Assembly: GCA_009914755.4 (NCBI GenBank)
Contig: CP086569.2
Span: forward strand, 4,256,001-4,320,000
Length of the DNA: 64,000 bases
Direction of reading: 5' to 3'
Origin: the human T2T-CHM13v2.0 reference genome, Homo sapiens
The notes below the pieces were generated by a model that saw nothing but the letters and a program-made list of their open reading frames with translations, ran no database searches and was not told the origin of the DNA. The stretch's first letter is position 1; every line of letters starts with the position of its first letter. Made by a program: the position numbers and the translations under genes. Positions 50,496 to 62,674 of the stretch are shown one piece after another.

Positions 50496-53400
50496 TAGTA
50501 CTGCTTCTCTTTTATCACATAGGTTTTGTTATATTTTGTTTTTATTATCATTTGTTTCCAGAAATTTTTTAATTTCCTTCTTAATTTTTTGTGGAGCCAA
50601 TGGTCATTCAGTGGCATATTGTTTATTTTACATGTATTTGTATCACTTACAAAATTTCTTGTTATTAATTTCCATTGGTTTTATTCCATTGTGGTTAGAG
50701 TATATGCTTAATATTATTTATATTTTTGAATGATTTAAGACTTGTGACCTAATATATGGTTTAACATTGAGAATAATCCATGTTTTGAGGAAAGAATGTG
50801 TATTCCACAGTTGTTGAATGAAATGTTCTGTAACTATCTTTTAGAACCATGTGATCTACAGTGCATATTGTTTTATGTTTCTTTGTTGATTTTATGTTTG
50901 GAAAATGTGTTCAATGCTGAAGGTGAGCTGTTGAAGTCTTCAGCTATTATTGCATTGGGGTATATCACTGTCTTGTGTTTTAACATTATTTGCTTTATAT
51001 ATCTGGGTGCTCTACTGTTGGATGCATATATACTTAAAATTGTTATATCCCCTTGCTGAATTGACCTCTTTGCCATTATATAGTGACCTTCTTTGTCTCT
51101 TCTTGTAGTTTTTGTCTTGAAATCTGTTTTGTCTGATATAAATATAGCTAATTATGCTCGTATTTGGGTTTCATGGCATGGAATAGCTCCTTTTATCCCT
51201 TTATTTTCAGTCTGTGTGTCTTTAGAGGTAAAGCATGTTTCTTGTGGGCATCAGTTAATGGATTTTATTTTTTCATCGATTAAGCTAGTGTATGTCTTTT
51301 GATTGGAGAGTTTAGCCCATTTACATACAATGTTATTATTGATAAGTAAGGACTTAATCCTGCCATTTTCTTATTATTTTTCTAGTTGTTTTATATGCTC
51401 TTCTCTTTCTTCTCTTTCCTTCCTCTATTCCTCTAGTGAAGGTGATTTTTCTCTGGTGATATGATTTAGTTTCTTGCTTTTTCTGTGTTTCATAATCAAT
51501 TGTATATTTTTATTTGAGTTTACCATGAGGCTTGCAAATACTATCTTATAACCCATTATTTTAACCTGATAACAACTTAACACTGTTTGTATAATGAAAC
51601 AATAAGAAAAAAAGAAACTTAAGAAAAACTCTACACTTTAACTTTGTCCACCCACTTTTTAGTTTTTTTGTTGTTGTTTCTGTTTACATGTTATTATACT
51701 ATGTCTTGAAAAGTTCTTGTAGTTATTATTTTGGATCACTTCATCATTTAGTCTTTCTACTTAGGATAAGAGTATTTTACACACCACAGTTACAGTGTTA
51801 ATGATAGTCTGTATTTTTCTGTATACTTATTACTATCCGTGAGTATTGCATCGTCAGATAATTAGTTATTGTTCTTTAATATTCTTTTTTTTCTGATTGA
51901 AGTACTCCTTTCTGCATTTCTTGTATGAAAAGTCTGGGGTTGATGACATTAGCAGCTTTTGATTTTCTGGAAAAGTTGCTATTCCTCTTTTGGTTTTGAA
52001 GGATATTTTCCCTGGACATACTCTTCTAGGGTAAAAGTTGTTTTGTTTTGTTTTGTTTTTCTCTTCAGCCCTTTAAATATGTCAAACCAGTCTCTCTTGG
52101 CCTCTAAGGTTTCCACTGAAAAGTCTCCTGCCAGCCAGACATATTGGAGCTCCATTGCATGTTGTTTCTTTTATCTTGTTGCTTTTAGGATCATTTCTTT
52201 ATCCTTTGTCTTTGGGAGTTTGATTATTAAATGCCTTGAGGTAGTCTTCTTGGGTTAAATCTGCTTGACGTTCTATAACCTTCTTGTGTTCAGATATTGA
52301 TACTTTACATTTACAAAATTGTCTGTTCTTATTCCTTTGAATAAACTTTCTACCCCTATCTCTTTCTTTTCCCCTGTCTTTAAGGAAATAACTCTTAAGT
52401 TTGCCCTTTTGAGGTTGTTTTCTAGATCCTATAAGCATGTTTCATTGTTGTTTTATTACTTTTACTTTCATCTCGTGTGACCATGTATTTTCAAATAGCC
52501 TGTATTCAAGCTCATTTATTTTTTCTTCTATTAGCTCAGTTCTGTTATTAAAAGTCACCAAAGCAGCTACAGCTAAAATCATTTTCTGATTTTCTGATTT
52601 CATCTCTGATCATTTTCCAGTAGCTAATTGCCTTTTTAACGGAGGTATTGCTCCTCACAAGAAGGCATTAGCTGCTGGCATCTGCCCACAGACCCTGACC
52701 CAAATGACAGATGAATAAAACATACACTGACACACAGATACTCTGTTTTGCCAGTCCTGCTGCATGTCCGACCACCTGCGCACCAAGAAAGGATTGTCAA
52801 TGTGGCTGGCCTTGAGCAGCTCGCACTCAGGGCATTTATTTAGTATACAATTAACAACAGACGCTCTGAGTCAACACACTTGTGGAGAATTAACATGGTT
52901 AAGAGAGTAGTTCTAGGAATGATTAAAGCTCTGGTACCTCTGTTGAAGGTAAATACCATTAGGGGGCAATATCCCTAGTCGACCTCCCCCGCCCCAGGGC
53001 CATTTGGCTCAAAGGTTAGTTAATGCAGGTAGGATAAATAGACATAACTGGGGAAGCCTCTATCGTCCCTAGTATTTACCCTATGACCTAATGCTCTAAG
53101 GTAAGAACCAGCTGCCTTCAGCCTATTCAATTATTACAAGATAGGTAACCTTTCAGCCTTTCCAAACATAAAATCAACAAAGAAACAAAAGGTTTGTGAC
53201 TATTCCTGCAACTTTCCTTAATATTTCCCTTTAATATTTCTGCCACCATCCTGAGTGAATCCCAACATTTCACTGCAGAACCTCTGCTTGATTTTTTTAA
53301 TTATTTCAATCTTTTTGTTAAATTTATCTTATAGAATTTTAAATTCCTTCTGTGTGTTATATTGAGTATTTTTGAGTTTTCTCAACATAGATATTTTGAA

Positions 53401-53617
53401 TTCTCTGTCTGAAAGCTCACGTATTTGTGCCTTTTTCAGGATTTGTGTTTTTGCTGGTGTTTTATTTATTTGGTGAAATCGTGTTTTTCTGGATAGTGTT
53501 GATGCTAGTAGGTGTTCTTTGATGTCTTGGCATTGAAGAGTTTGGTATTTATTGTAATCTTCACTGTCTGGGCTTGTTTGTATCTGCCCTTCTTGGGAAA
53601 GCTTTCCAGATATTTGA

Positions 53618-53951
<334 letters not shown>

Positions 53952-56900
53952 TGCATGTTGTGATTTTAGCTGTAGCTGCTTTGGTGAGCATTTCAAGTTC
54001 AGTAACACTGTGGTTCTTTCACATCCATAGAGGCACTATTTTAATGGTGTTTGACAAGATCCGGAAGAATTTTCTGGATTACTAGGCAGAGATCTGATTC
54101 TCTTACCTTGCTTTCTCCCAAATAAATGGAGTCTCTCTGTCTGTTCCGAAACACCATTGCTGGGGTTGGAGAGACACAAGCATTGCTGTGGCCACCATCA
54201 CTGTGACTATGCTGGATCAGACCTGAAGTCAGCACAGCACTGGATCTTGCCCTAGTTCTGCTGTAACCACGACCTGGCTACTGCCTATGTTCGCTCAAGG
54301 CCCTGGTGCTCTACAATCACCAGGTGGCAAAGCCAGCCAGGCCATTCTCCTTCCCTTCATGGTGGCAAGTTCATTCATTCAGGCTCCAGGTGAATCCAGA
54401 TGTGCTGCCTGGGAGTGAGGCACTAGAGTAAAAGATCTTAGAAGTCTTCCTGGTTTTCTGTTTTACTGTGGCTGAGCTGGCACCCAAGCCACAAGATGCA
54501 GTCCTTCGCAATCTTCCCTCCACTTTATACAGGCAGAGGAGCCTCTCTCTGTAGCCACTGCCATCTCAGGCCACGGGGAGTTCCGCGAGATGCCACCAAT
54601 ATTCCCTTAAGGCCCAAAGGCCCTTCAGTCAGCTTTTGGTAAGTGCTGTCTGGCCTGGAACTCACCCTTTAGGGGAGTGGGCCTCTCTGTCTCAGGGCAG
54701 GTCCAGAGTTGCTGTCCAAGAGTCAAGTCCTGAAATTGTGGACCCCCAATAGCCCACTTGATGCTCTGGCACCCTATGTCCATGCTGGTACCTAAGATGC
54801 AAGACAAAGTCCCCTCTACTTTTCCCTCTTCTTTTCTCAAGCAAAAGAAGTTTTGCCACCAGAGCTGGTAATGTGTTGAGTCTCAACTGAAGCCAGCAAG
54901 TCTCAGGGGCTCGCCAAGGCCCTAGCTATAGTACCTGGGTATCATTGTTGGTTATTCAGGGCCTAGGGGCTCTTCAGTTAGTAGGTTATAAATGCTGGCA
55001 GGACTGGATCCTTTTCTTCTGGGACAGAAGTGGCTTCCCTTCTCTCCCAGAGTGTGTCTATAAGTGTCCTCTGGCCGCTAGGTCCTGGAAGAGAGGCCTC
55101 ATTACTCTGACTGGTACCCTATCTTACTGTGCCTGCGCTGGGTAGCCAAGATGCAAGACAACATCCTCCCCATTCTTTCTTCTCCTCTCTTCAAGTGGAA
55201 AAAGAAATCTCTTTTGGAGCCCTGAACTCTTCTGCCTGGGGTCAGTGGAGGGGTGATGCCAGCACTCCCTTACCTTCCCCAAGCAGTGTCTTAGTAGGTC
55301 TCATGCCCTCTTCAGTCCACTCTCTCTGGGCCCAGTTTAGCCCTAGGTCTCATCTAACAGTTGCAGTCCCTATGGCCTAGATTCCCTTTTAAGTTGACTT
55401 AGAGACCAAGAGCACTTTGGACCACAGTGGAGAGACTTGTGGGAACTCAAGTTCCAACTGCTGGAATTGGTGATTCCCCTCTGGCTAGGGCTGCTTTAAA
55501 TGCTCCCTACTTGGGCAGGCATTAGCTGAGTTTGGTCCAGCTTTCCTTTCTGCTCTAACAGGGCAGCACCAAGTTCAGTGATTCACAATTTCTGTGTTCT
55601 CCCTCTTCCAGCACCCAGAGAGACTCTGCATCAAGCTGCCACTGCTAGGTGGTGGGGTGAGGGTGACGTCAATAATTCAAGAGACTGTTTTTTCTATTTC
55701 TTCAGTGTCCCCTTCAGCAATACAGAGTTAAATCTCAGTATTATGAGGCCTCACCTGATTTTTGGTTCTTATGAATGTGTTTTTTATTTTCTGTGTAAAC
55801 AATTTTTAAACCGATGTCCTTGTACAAGGGATGGTCTGTGGAGTCTTTTATTCTGCCATCTTGCTCCTAAGACTAAAATTCAGAATCCATACAATTAGTA
55901 TATTTCTTTCTTTTCAGAAAGTACATACACTTCTGTTGTTTGTTTCTCCTGAAATTAGTTTTGACATCATTCTTTTTAAGTTGTTTTTATTTTTAATTTT
56001 TGTAGGTATGTATCAGGTGTATATATTTATATTTATGAGACATGTGAGATATTTTGGTACAGGCATGCAATGCATAATAGTTACACCATGGAGAATGGGG
56101 TATCCATCACGTGAAGCATTTATTTTTTGTGTTACAAACAATCCAATCAAAGTCTTTTAGTTGTTTTTAAATTTACAGTGAAAGTATTACTGACTACAAT
56201 CATCCTGTTGTGTTATCAAATATGAGGTCTTATTCATTCTTTCTAATTATTGTTTTCTACACACTAACCATCTCCAAATTCTCCCTACCCCTCCACTACC
56301 CTTCCCAGCTTACTCTTCTGGTAAGCATCCTTCTAGTCTCTATTTCCATTAGTTCAATTGTTTAGATTTTTAGATCCCACAAACGAGAACATGCAGTGTT
56401 TGTATTTCTGTGCCTGGCATATTTCACTTAAGATAATGATCTTCAGTTCTATTCATATTGTTGCAATGACAATATCTCATTCTTTTTTATGGTTGAATAG
56501 TACTCCATTGTATGTAGGTACCACATTTTCCTCATCCATTCATCTGCTGGTGGACACTTAGGTTGCTTTCACATCTTGGCTATTGTGAGCAGAGCTGCAA
56601 AAAACATGGAATTGCAGATATGTTTTCAATATACTGATTTCCTTTTTTTGGGGGGGAGAAGGGGGTATATAACCAGCCGTAGGATTGCTGGATAATATGG
56701 TAGCTCTATTTTTAGTTTTTCGAGAAACCTTAAAATTGTTTCTTATAGTGGTTATACTAATTAACATTCGCGCCAACAGTGTACAAGTGTTTCCTTGTTT
56801 CCACATTCTTGCCAGCATTTATTATCGGTTGACTTATAGATAAAAGCCATTTTAACAGGGGTGAGATACTGTCTCTTTGTAATATTGATTTGCATTTCTG

Positions 56901-57520
56901 TGATGATAAATGATGGTGAGCACCTTTTTCATATGACTGTTTGCCATTTTGATGTCTTCTTTTGAGAAATGTATATCCAAATATTTTGCCCATTTTTATA
57001 TTGGATTGTTAGATCTCTTCCTATGTAATTTTTTGACCTCCTTAAATATTCTTGTTATTAATCCTCTGTCAGAAGTGTAGTTTGCAGATGTTTTCTCTCA
57101 TTCTGTGGGTTTTTTCATCACTTTGTTAATGGTTTCCTTTGCCCTGCAGAAGCATTTTAACTTGATGTGATCTCATTTAACCATATTTGTTTTGTTTGCC
57201 TGTGCTTGTGGGGTATTGCTCAAGACATTTTTGCCCAAATCAATGTTTTGGAGAGTTTTCCCAATGTGTATAATTTTAGTAGTTTCATAATTTGGGGTCT
57301 TAGATTTATGGCTTTAATACATTTTCCTTGGATTTTTTAAGGTGAGAGATGGGGGTCAAGTTTTATTTTTCTGCATATGGATACCCAGTTTTCTCAGCAA
57401 CATGTATTGAAAATACTGTCTTCTCCCCAATGAATATTCTTAGTGCCTTTGTCAAAAATTAGTTCACTGTAGGTCTGTGGATTTGTATATGGGTTCTCTA
57501 TTCTTTTCTACAGATCTATG

Positions 57521-58551
57521 TGTAGGGAAAAGAAAGAGAGATCAGACTGTTACTGTGTCTATGTAGAAAGCGAAGACATAAGAGACTCCATTTTGAAAAA
57601 TACCTGTACTTTAAATGATTGCTTTGCTGAGATGTTGTTAATTTGTAGCTTTGCCCCAGCCACTTTGACCCAATCACTTTGACCCAACCTGGAGCTCACA
57701 AAAACATGTGTTGTATGAAATCAAGATTTAAGGGATCTAGGGCTGTGCAGGACATGCCTTGTTAACAAAATGTTTACAAGCAGTATACCTGGTAAAAGTC
57801 ATCGCCATTCTCTAGTCTTAATAAACCAGGGGCACAGTGCACTGCGGAAAGCCGCAGGGACCTCTGCCCTTGAAAGCTGGGTATTGTCCAAGGTTTCTCC
57901 CCATGTGATAGTCTGAAATATGGCCTCGTGGGATGAGAAAGACCTGACCGTCCCCCAGCCCGACACCCGTAAAGGGTCTGTGCTGAAGTGGATTAGTAAA
58001 AGAGGAAAGCCTCTTGCAGTTGAGATAGAGGAAAGCCACTGTCTGCTGCCTGCCCCTGAGAACTGAATGTCTCGGTATAAAACCTGATTGTACATTTGTT
58101 CAGTTCTGAGATAAGAGAAAAACCACCCTATGGTGGGAGGTGAGACATGTTTGCGGCAATGCTGCCTTGTTATTCTTTACTCTGCTGAGATGTTTGGGTG
58201 GAAAGAAACATAAATCTGGCTTACGTACACGTCCAGTCATAGTACCTTCCCTTGAACTTCATTATGACGTAGATTCTATTGCTCACATGTTTGTTGCTGA
58301 CCTTCTCCTTATGATCACCCTGCCCTCCTACGACATTCCTTTTTACTGAAATAATGAAAATAATAATCAATAAAAACTGAGGGAACTCAGAGACCAGTGC
58401 TGGTGCAGGTCCTTTGTATGCTGAGTGCCGGTACCCTGGGCCCACTGTTGTTTCTCTATACTTTGTCTCTGTGTCTTATTTCTCTTTCTCAGTCTCTCGT
58501 CCCACCTGACTAGAAATACCCACAGGTGTGCAGGGGCAGGCCATCCCTTCA
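57521..58551 (+). mobile_element. Solo HERV-K (HML-2) LTR of LTR5 type (LTR5A/B-like rather than LTR5_Hs), 1031 bp, with a 6-bp TSD
   Basis: The start tgtagggaaaagaaagagagatcagactgttactgtgtctatgtagaaagcgaagacataagagactccattttg matches the LTR5 start tgtggggaaaagcaagagagatcagattgttactgtgtctgtgtagaaag. Internal blocks ggaaagccgcagggacctctgccc and gctgggtattgtccaaggtttctccccatgtgatagtctgaaatatggcctcgtggga ... agacctgaccgtcccccagcccgacacccgtaaagggtctgtgctga are present. It ends ...caggggcaggccatcccttca. The TSD tctatg lies at 57515-57520 and 58552-57557. Confidence 0.85.
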
Positions 58552-58766
58552 TCTATGTGTGTATTTTTTATTCCAGTCCCATGCCATTTGTTTACTACAC
58601 CCCGTAGTATAATTTGAAGTTCAGTTACGTGATTCCTCTGTTTTTTGTTTGTTTGTTTGTTTTGTTTTTTCCTTTTTGCTCAGGATACCTTTGGCTCTTC
58701 TGGGTCTTTTTTCATTGTTTGTGAATTTTAGGATATTTTTCCCTGTTTCTGTGAAAAATGTCATTG

Positions 58767-58769
<3 letters not shown>

Positions 58770-58816
<47 letters not shown>
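58770..58816. repeat. (ATT)n microsatellite of about 16 units, derived from the Alu A-tail
   Basis: attattattatt... lies directly adjacent to the poly-T/A-tail position of the minus-strand Alu. Confidence 0.9.
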
Positions 58817-59108
58817 TTGAGATGGAGTCTCTCTCTGTCACCCAGGCTGGAGTTCAGTGGCACTATCTTGGCTCAATGCAACCTCCGCCTCCTGGGTTCA
58901 AGTGATTCTCTTGCCTCAGCCTCCCCAGTAGCTGGGACTACAGGTGCATGCCACCATGGCTGGTTAAATTTTTTTTTTTTTTGTATTTTTAGTAGAGACG
59001 GGGTTTCACCATGTTAGCCAGGATGGTCTCCATCTGCTGACTTCATGACTCGCCTGCCTCGACCTCCCCAAGTGCTGGGATTACAGGTGTGAGCCACCAT
59101 GCCCAGCC
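58817..59108 (-). mobile_element. Alu (full length) with a TSD of about 12 bp
   Basis: gagatggagtctctctctgtcacccaggctggagttcagtggcactatcttggctcaatgcaacc ... ggattacaggtgtgagccaccatgcccagcc. The flanks are gtcattggtatt and atcactggtatt. Confidence 0.9.
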
Positions 59109-60871
59109 ATCACTGGTATTTTAATAGAGACTGCATTGAATCTGCAGATTGCTTTTGATAGTGTAGGCATTTTAAACATATTGATACTTCCAATCCATGA
59201 ACATGGAATATCTTTCCATTTTTTTGTGTGTGCTCATCAATGTCTTTCATCAGCATTTTATTGTTTTTATTGTAGAGATCCTTCACTTCTTTGGTTAATT
59301 CTTAGGTATTTAATTTAGTTGTGGTTATTGTAAATGTGATTAATTTTTTAATTCTTTTTTAGATTGTTCACTGTTGGGATATAGAATTGCTGCTAATTTT
59401 TGTTTGTTGGTTTTATGTCTTTCAAGTTAACTGAATATGTTTATGGGTTCTAATAGTTTTCTTAGTGGAGTTTGCAGGATTTTCCAAGTATAAAATTATA
59501 TCATCAACCTACAAGGATAATTTGACTTATTCCTTTTCAATGTAGATGCTCTTTATTTTTTTCTCTTGTCTGATTTCTCTAGTTATAACTTCCAGTACTA
59601 TGTTGAATTACATTGGTGAAAGTGGGCATCCTTGTCATGATCCAGATCTAAGAGGAGGGATTTCAGTTTTTCCACATTCAGAATAATACTACATGTGGGT
59701 CTGACATATGTGGCTTGTATTTTGTTCAGGTATTCTCCTTCTATATCCAGTGTCTTGAGAGTTTTATCATGAAGAAATGTAGAACTTTATCCCATGTGTT
59801 TTTAGTATCAATTGAAATGATTATATGGTTTTTGTTCCTCATTATGTTTTTATGATGTGTCATATTGATTGATAACATATGTTGAACCACACTTGCATCA
59901 CTGGGATAAATCCCACTTGGTCATGATGAATCATATCTTTAATGTATTGTTGAATTCAGTTTGGTAATGTTTTGTTGGGGATTTTTTGCATCATTATTCA
60001 TCAGAGATATTGGCCTGCAGTTTTCTTTTTTTGATGTGTGTTTGGTTTTGGTATCAGTGTAGTACTGGCCTTGTAGAATAAGTTTGGAAGTATTCCCTCC
60101 TCCTCAGTTTTATGGAATTATTTGTGTAGAATTAATATTAATTCTTCTTCCAATTATTGGTAAAGTCATTAGGCCCTGGGCTGTTATGGACTGGAAGACT
60201 TTTTATTATGGCTTTAATCTCATTACTTGTAATTGGTCTGCTCAGGTTTTGGATTTCTTCACAGGTCAATCTTGGTAGGCTGTATGTGTCTAGAAGTTGC
60301 TTAGAGTAGCCAGAAATGATGTTTTCAATTTCTGTGGTATCTGTTATAATGTCTCATTTTTCATCTCTGATTTTTATTTGGTTATTCTCTTTTTGTCTTA
60401 GACTGGCTAGAGTTTTGTCAATTTTATGATTTTACAAAATCTACTTTTGTTTCATTGATCTTTTGTACTTTTTTCTTTGTTTCAGCTCCAACCTTTTTTA
60501 TTATTTTAATAAAAACTCTACACTTTAACTATGCTCCCACTTTATAACATTTTTTGTTTTCCTTTATGTCTTATTGTACTGTCATAAAAAGTTGCTGTAG
60601 TTATTATTTTTAACTTTTTAATCATTTAGTCTTTTTACTTAAGAGAAGTTTACACACCACAATTTCAGCATTATATTATTCTGTTTTTTTCTGTGTACTT
60701 ACTATTAACAGTCAGCTTTGTACCTTCAGATGATTACTTGCTTATTAACATCCATTTCCTCCAGATTTATGAACTCCATTAGAATTTCTTCTGGGCAGGC
60801 CTGTTGTTGATAAAATCCCTCAGCTTGTGTTTGTCTAGGAAGGTCTTTCTTTCTCCTTCATGCTTAAAGGA

Positions 60872-60892
60872 TTTTTTTTTTTTTTTTTTTTT
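60872..60892. repeat. (T)21 homopolymer inside the L1
   Basis: Uninterrupted T run. Confidence 0.9.
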
Positions 60893-61059
60893 GCAAGATA
60901 TAGTGTTCTAGTGCAATAGTTTTTTATCCCTCTGTACTTTATGTTATGGTGCTTCCTCCTTGCTTGTATGGTTTCCATTGAAAACTCTGCTGCTTGATGT
61001 ATCAGAGCTCCACTGTATGTTCTTTGTTTCTTTTCTCTTGTTGCTTTTAGGATCCTTTT

Positions 61060-61437
61060 TTATCCTTGACTTTTGCAAGTTTCATTATTAAATGTGTGAA
61101 GTAGTGTTCTTTGAGTTAAACCTGCTTGGTATTCCAAAATCTTCTTGTACTTGAATTTCAATATCTTTAGGTATGGGAAGTTATCTGTTATTAAACTTTC
61201 TACCTTTATCTCTTTCTGTACCTCTTCTTTAAGGCAAGTAACTCTTAGATTTGCACTTTGAAGGCTGTTTACTATGTCTTCTAGGCATGCTTCATTGTTT
61301 TTTATTCCTGTTTTTGTCTCCTCTGACTGTGTTTTCAAATACTCTGTCTGCAAGCTCACTAAATTTTCTTCTGCTTGATTAATTCTGCTACTAAGAGACT
61401 CTGATGTATTTTCTGCCATGTTATTTGCATTTTTCAA
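61060..61437 (-). pseudogene. L1 ORF1p remnant, 125 aa
   Basis: The translation has coiled-coil-like text and a C-terminal ...ESLITDNFPYLKILKFKYKKILEYQAGLTQRTLLHTF region resembling the L1 ORF1p RRM/CTD (...IQENFPNLARQANIQIQEIQRTPQRYSSRRATPRHIIVRF...). It sits at the position expected for ORF1 of this minus-strand L1. Confidence 0.6.
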
Positions 61438-62674
61438 CTCTCAAATTTCTGTTTGATTGTTTTTAATTATTTCAATCTCTGTTAAATTTACCTGATAAAA
61501 TTCTGAATTCCTTCATTGTATTATTTTGAATTTCTTTGAGTTTTCTCAACATAGGTATGTTGAATTCTATGTCCGAAAAATTATATATTTCTGTTTCTCC
61601 TGGATTGGTCCCTGGTGCCTCATTTAGTTCATTTGGTGAGGTCAAGATTTTCTACTGGGTGTTAATGGTTGTAGATATTCATTGGTTCCTGGGCATTGAA
61701 GAGTTGTATGTTTATTGTAGTCTTCACAGTCTGGGCTTGTTAATACCTGCTCTTCTTGGGAAGGCTTTTATGTATTCAAAGGGACTTGGGCCCCAAGCCC
61801 AATAAAACTAGCTATTGCAGAATCATAGAGGTACCACCTTGGTGTCTTGAATAATATGTGGAAGAATTCTTTGGATTACCAAGAAAAGACTCTTCTTTGT
61901 GCTTATGTTCTCCTAAAGAAATAGAGTCTTTCTGCACTGAGCCACCTGATACTGGAGATGTGATGATGCAAGCACCCTTGTAGCCACCACAACAGACTGT
62001 GCTTGGTCAGATCTGAAGCTAGCACAGCACTGGGCCTTACCCAAGGCCCTTATTGTCAAGGCAGCCTGTTTCCCGAGGCCCTGGGCATGTCCAGATATGC
62101 TGTCCGGAAACCAGGGGTTGGTCTAAAAAACCTTAGCAATTTACGTGGTATTTTATTTTACTGTGGCTAAACTAGCACTCTAATCACAATATGAAGTCCT
62201 TCCCATTCTTCCATCCACATTACATAGCCAGAGGAGCCTCTCTCTGTGGCCACTAATGCCACCTATCCAGGAAGGATTCTGGCAGGCCAGTGGCCTCCTC
62301 TGTGGCCCAGAGCAGGTCCAGAAATGCTGTCCAAGAGCCCAGGCCCAGAGGCATGGACCCCAAGAACCTGCATGTTGCTCTACCCTACTGTGGCTGAGCT
62401 GCTACCTAGGGTGCAAGACAAAATCCCCCTTAATTTTTTCTGTTCATTTTCCCAAACAGAAGGAAGCTTTCATCACAGCAACTACATCTAGGAGTATACT
62501 GGGTCACCCATGAAGCCAGCATATCTCAGAGACCAAGGCCCATGGTGTACTCACTAGGTATTTCTTCTGGTTATTCAGGGCCCAAGGGCTCTTTATTCAG
62601 CAAGTGCTGTATCCTACAAGGACTGGATCCTTCCCTTCAAAGCAGCAGGTTCCCTTTTGTACCAGTGTGGTCTA

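Larger units (their letters stand above)
55880..62674 (-). mobile_element. Near full-length L1 (L1PA/L1PB-like) head-to-tail with the preceding L1. It carries a solo LTR5 (57521-58551) and an Alu (58817-59108). ORF1 remnant at 61060-61437; 5'UTR at 61900-62674.
   Basis: Antisense L1 3'UTR at 55980-56450 (tttttaatttttgtaggtatgtatcaggtgtatatatttatatttatgagacatgtgagatattttggtacaggcatgcaatg ... cccacaaacgagaacatgcagtgtttgtatttctgtgcctggcatatttcacttaag). Antisense ORF2 runs through 57517, resuming at 58558 and again at 59109. The ORF1p-like ORF is 61060-61437. Confidence 0.8.
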
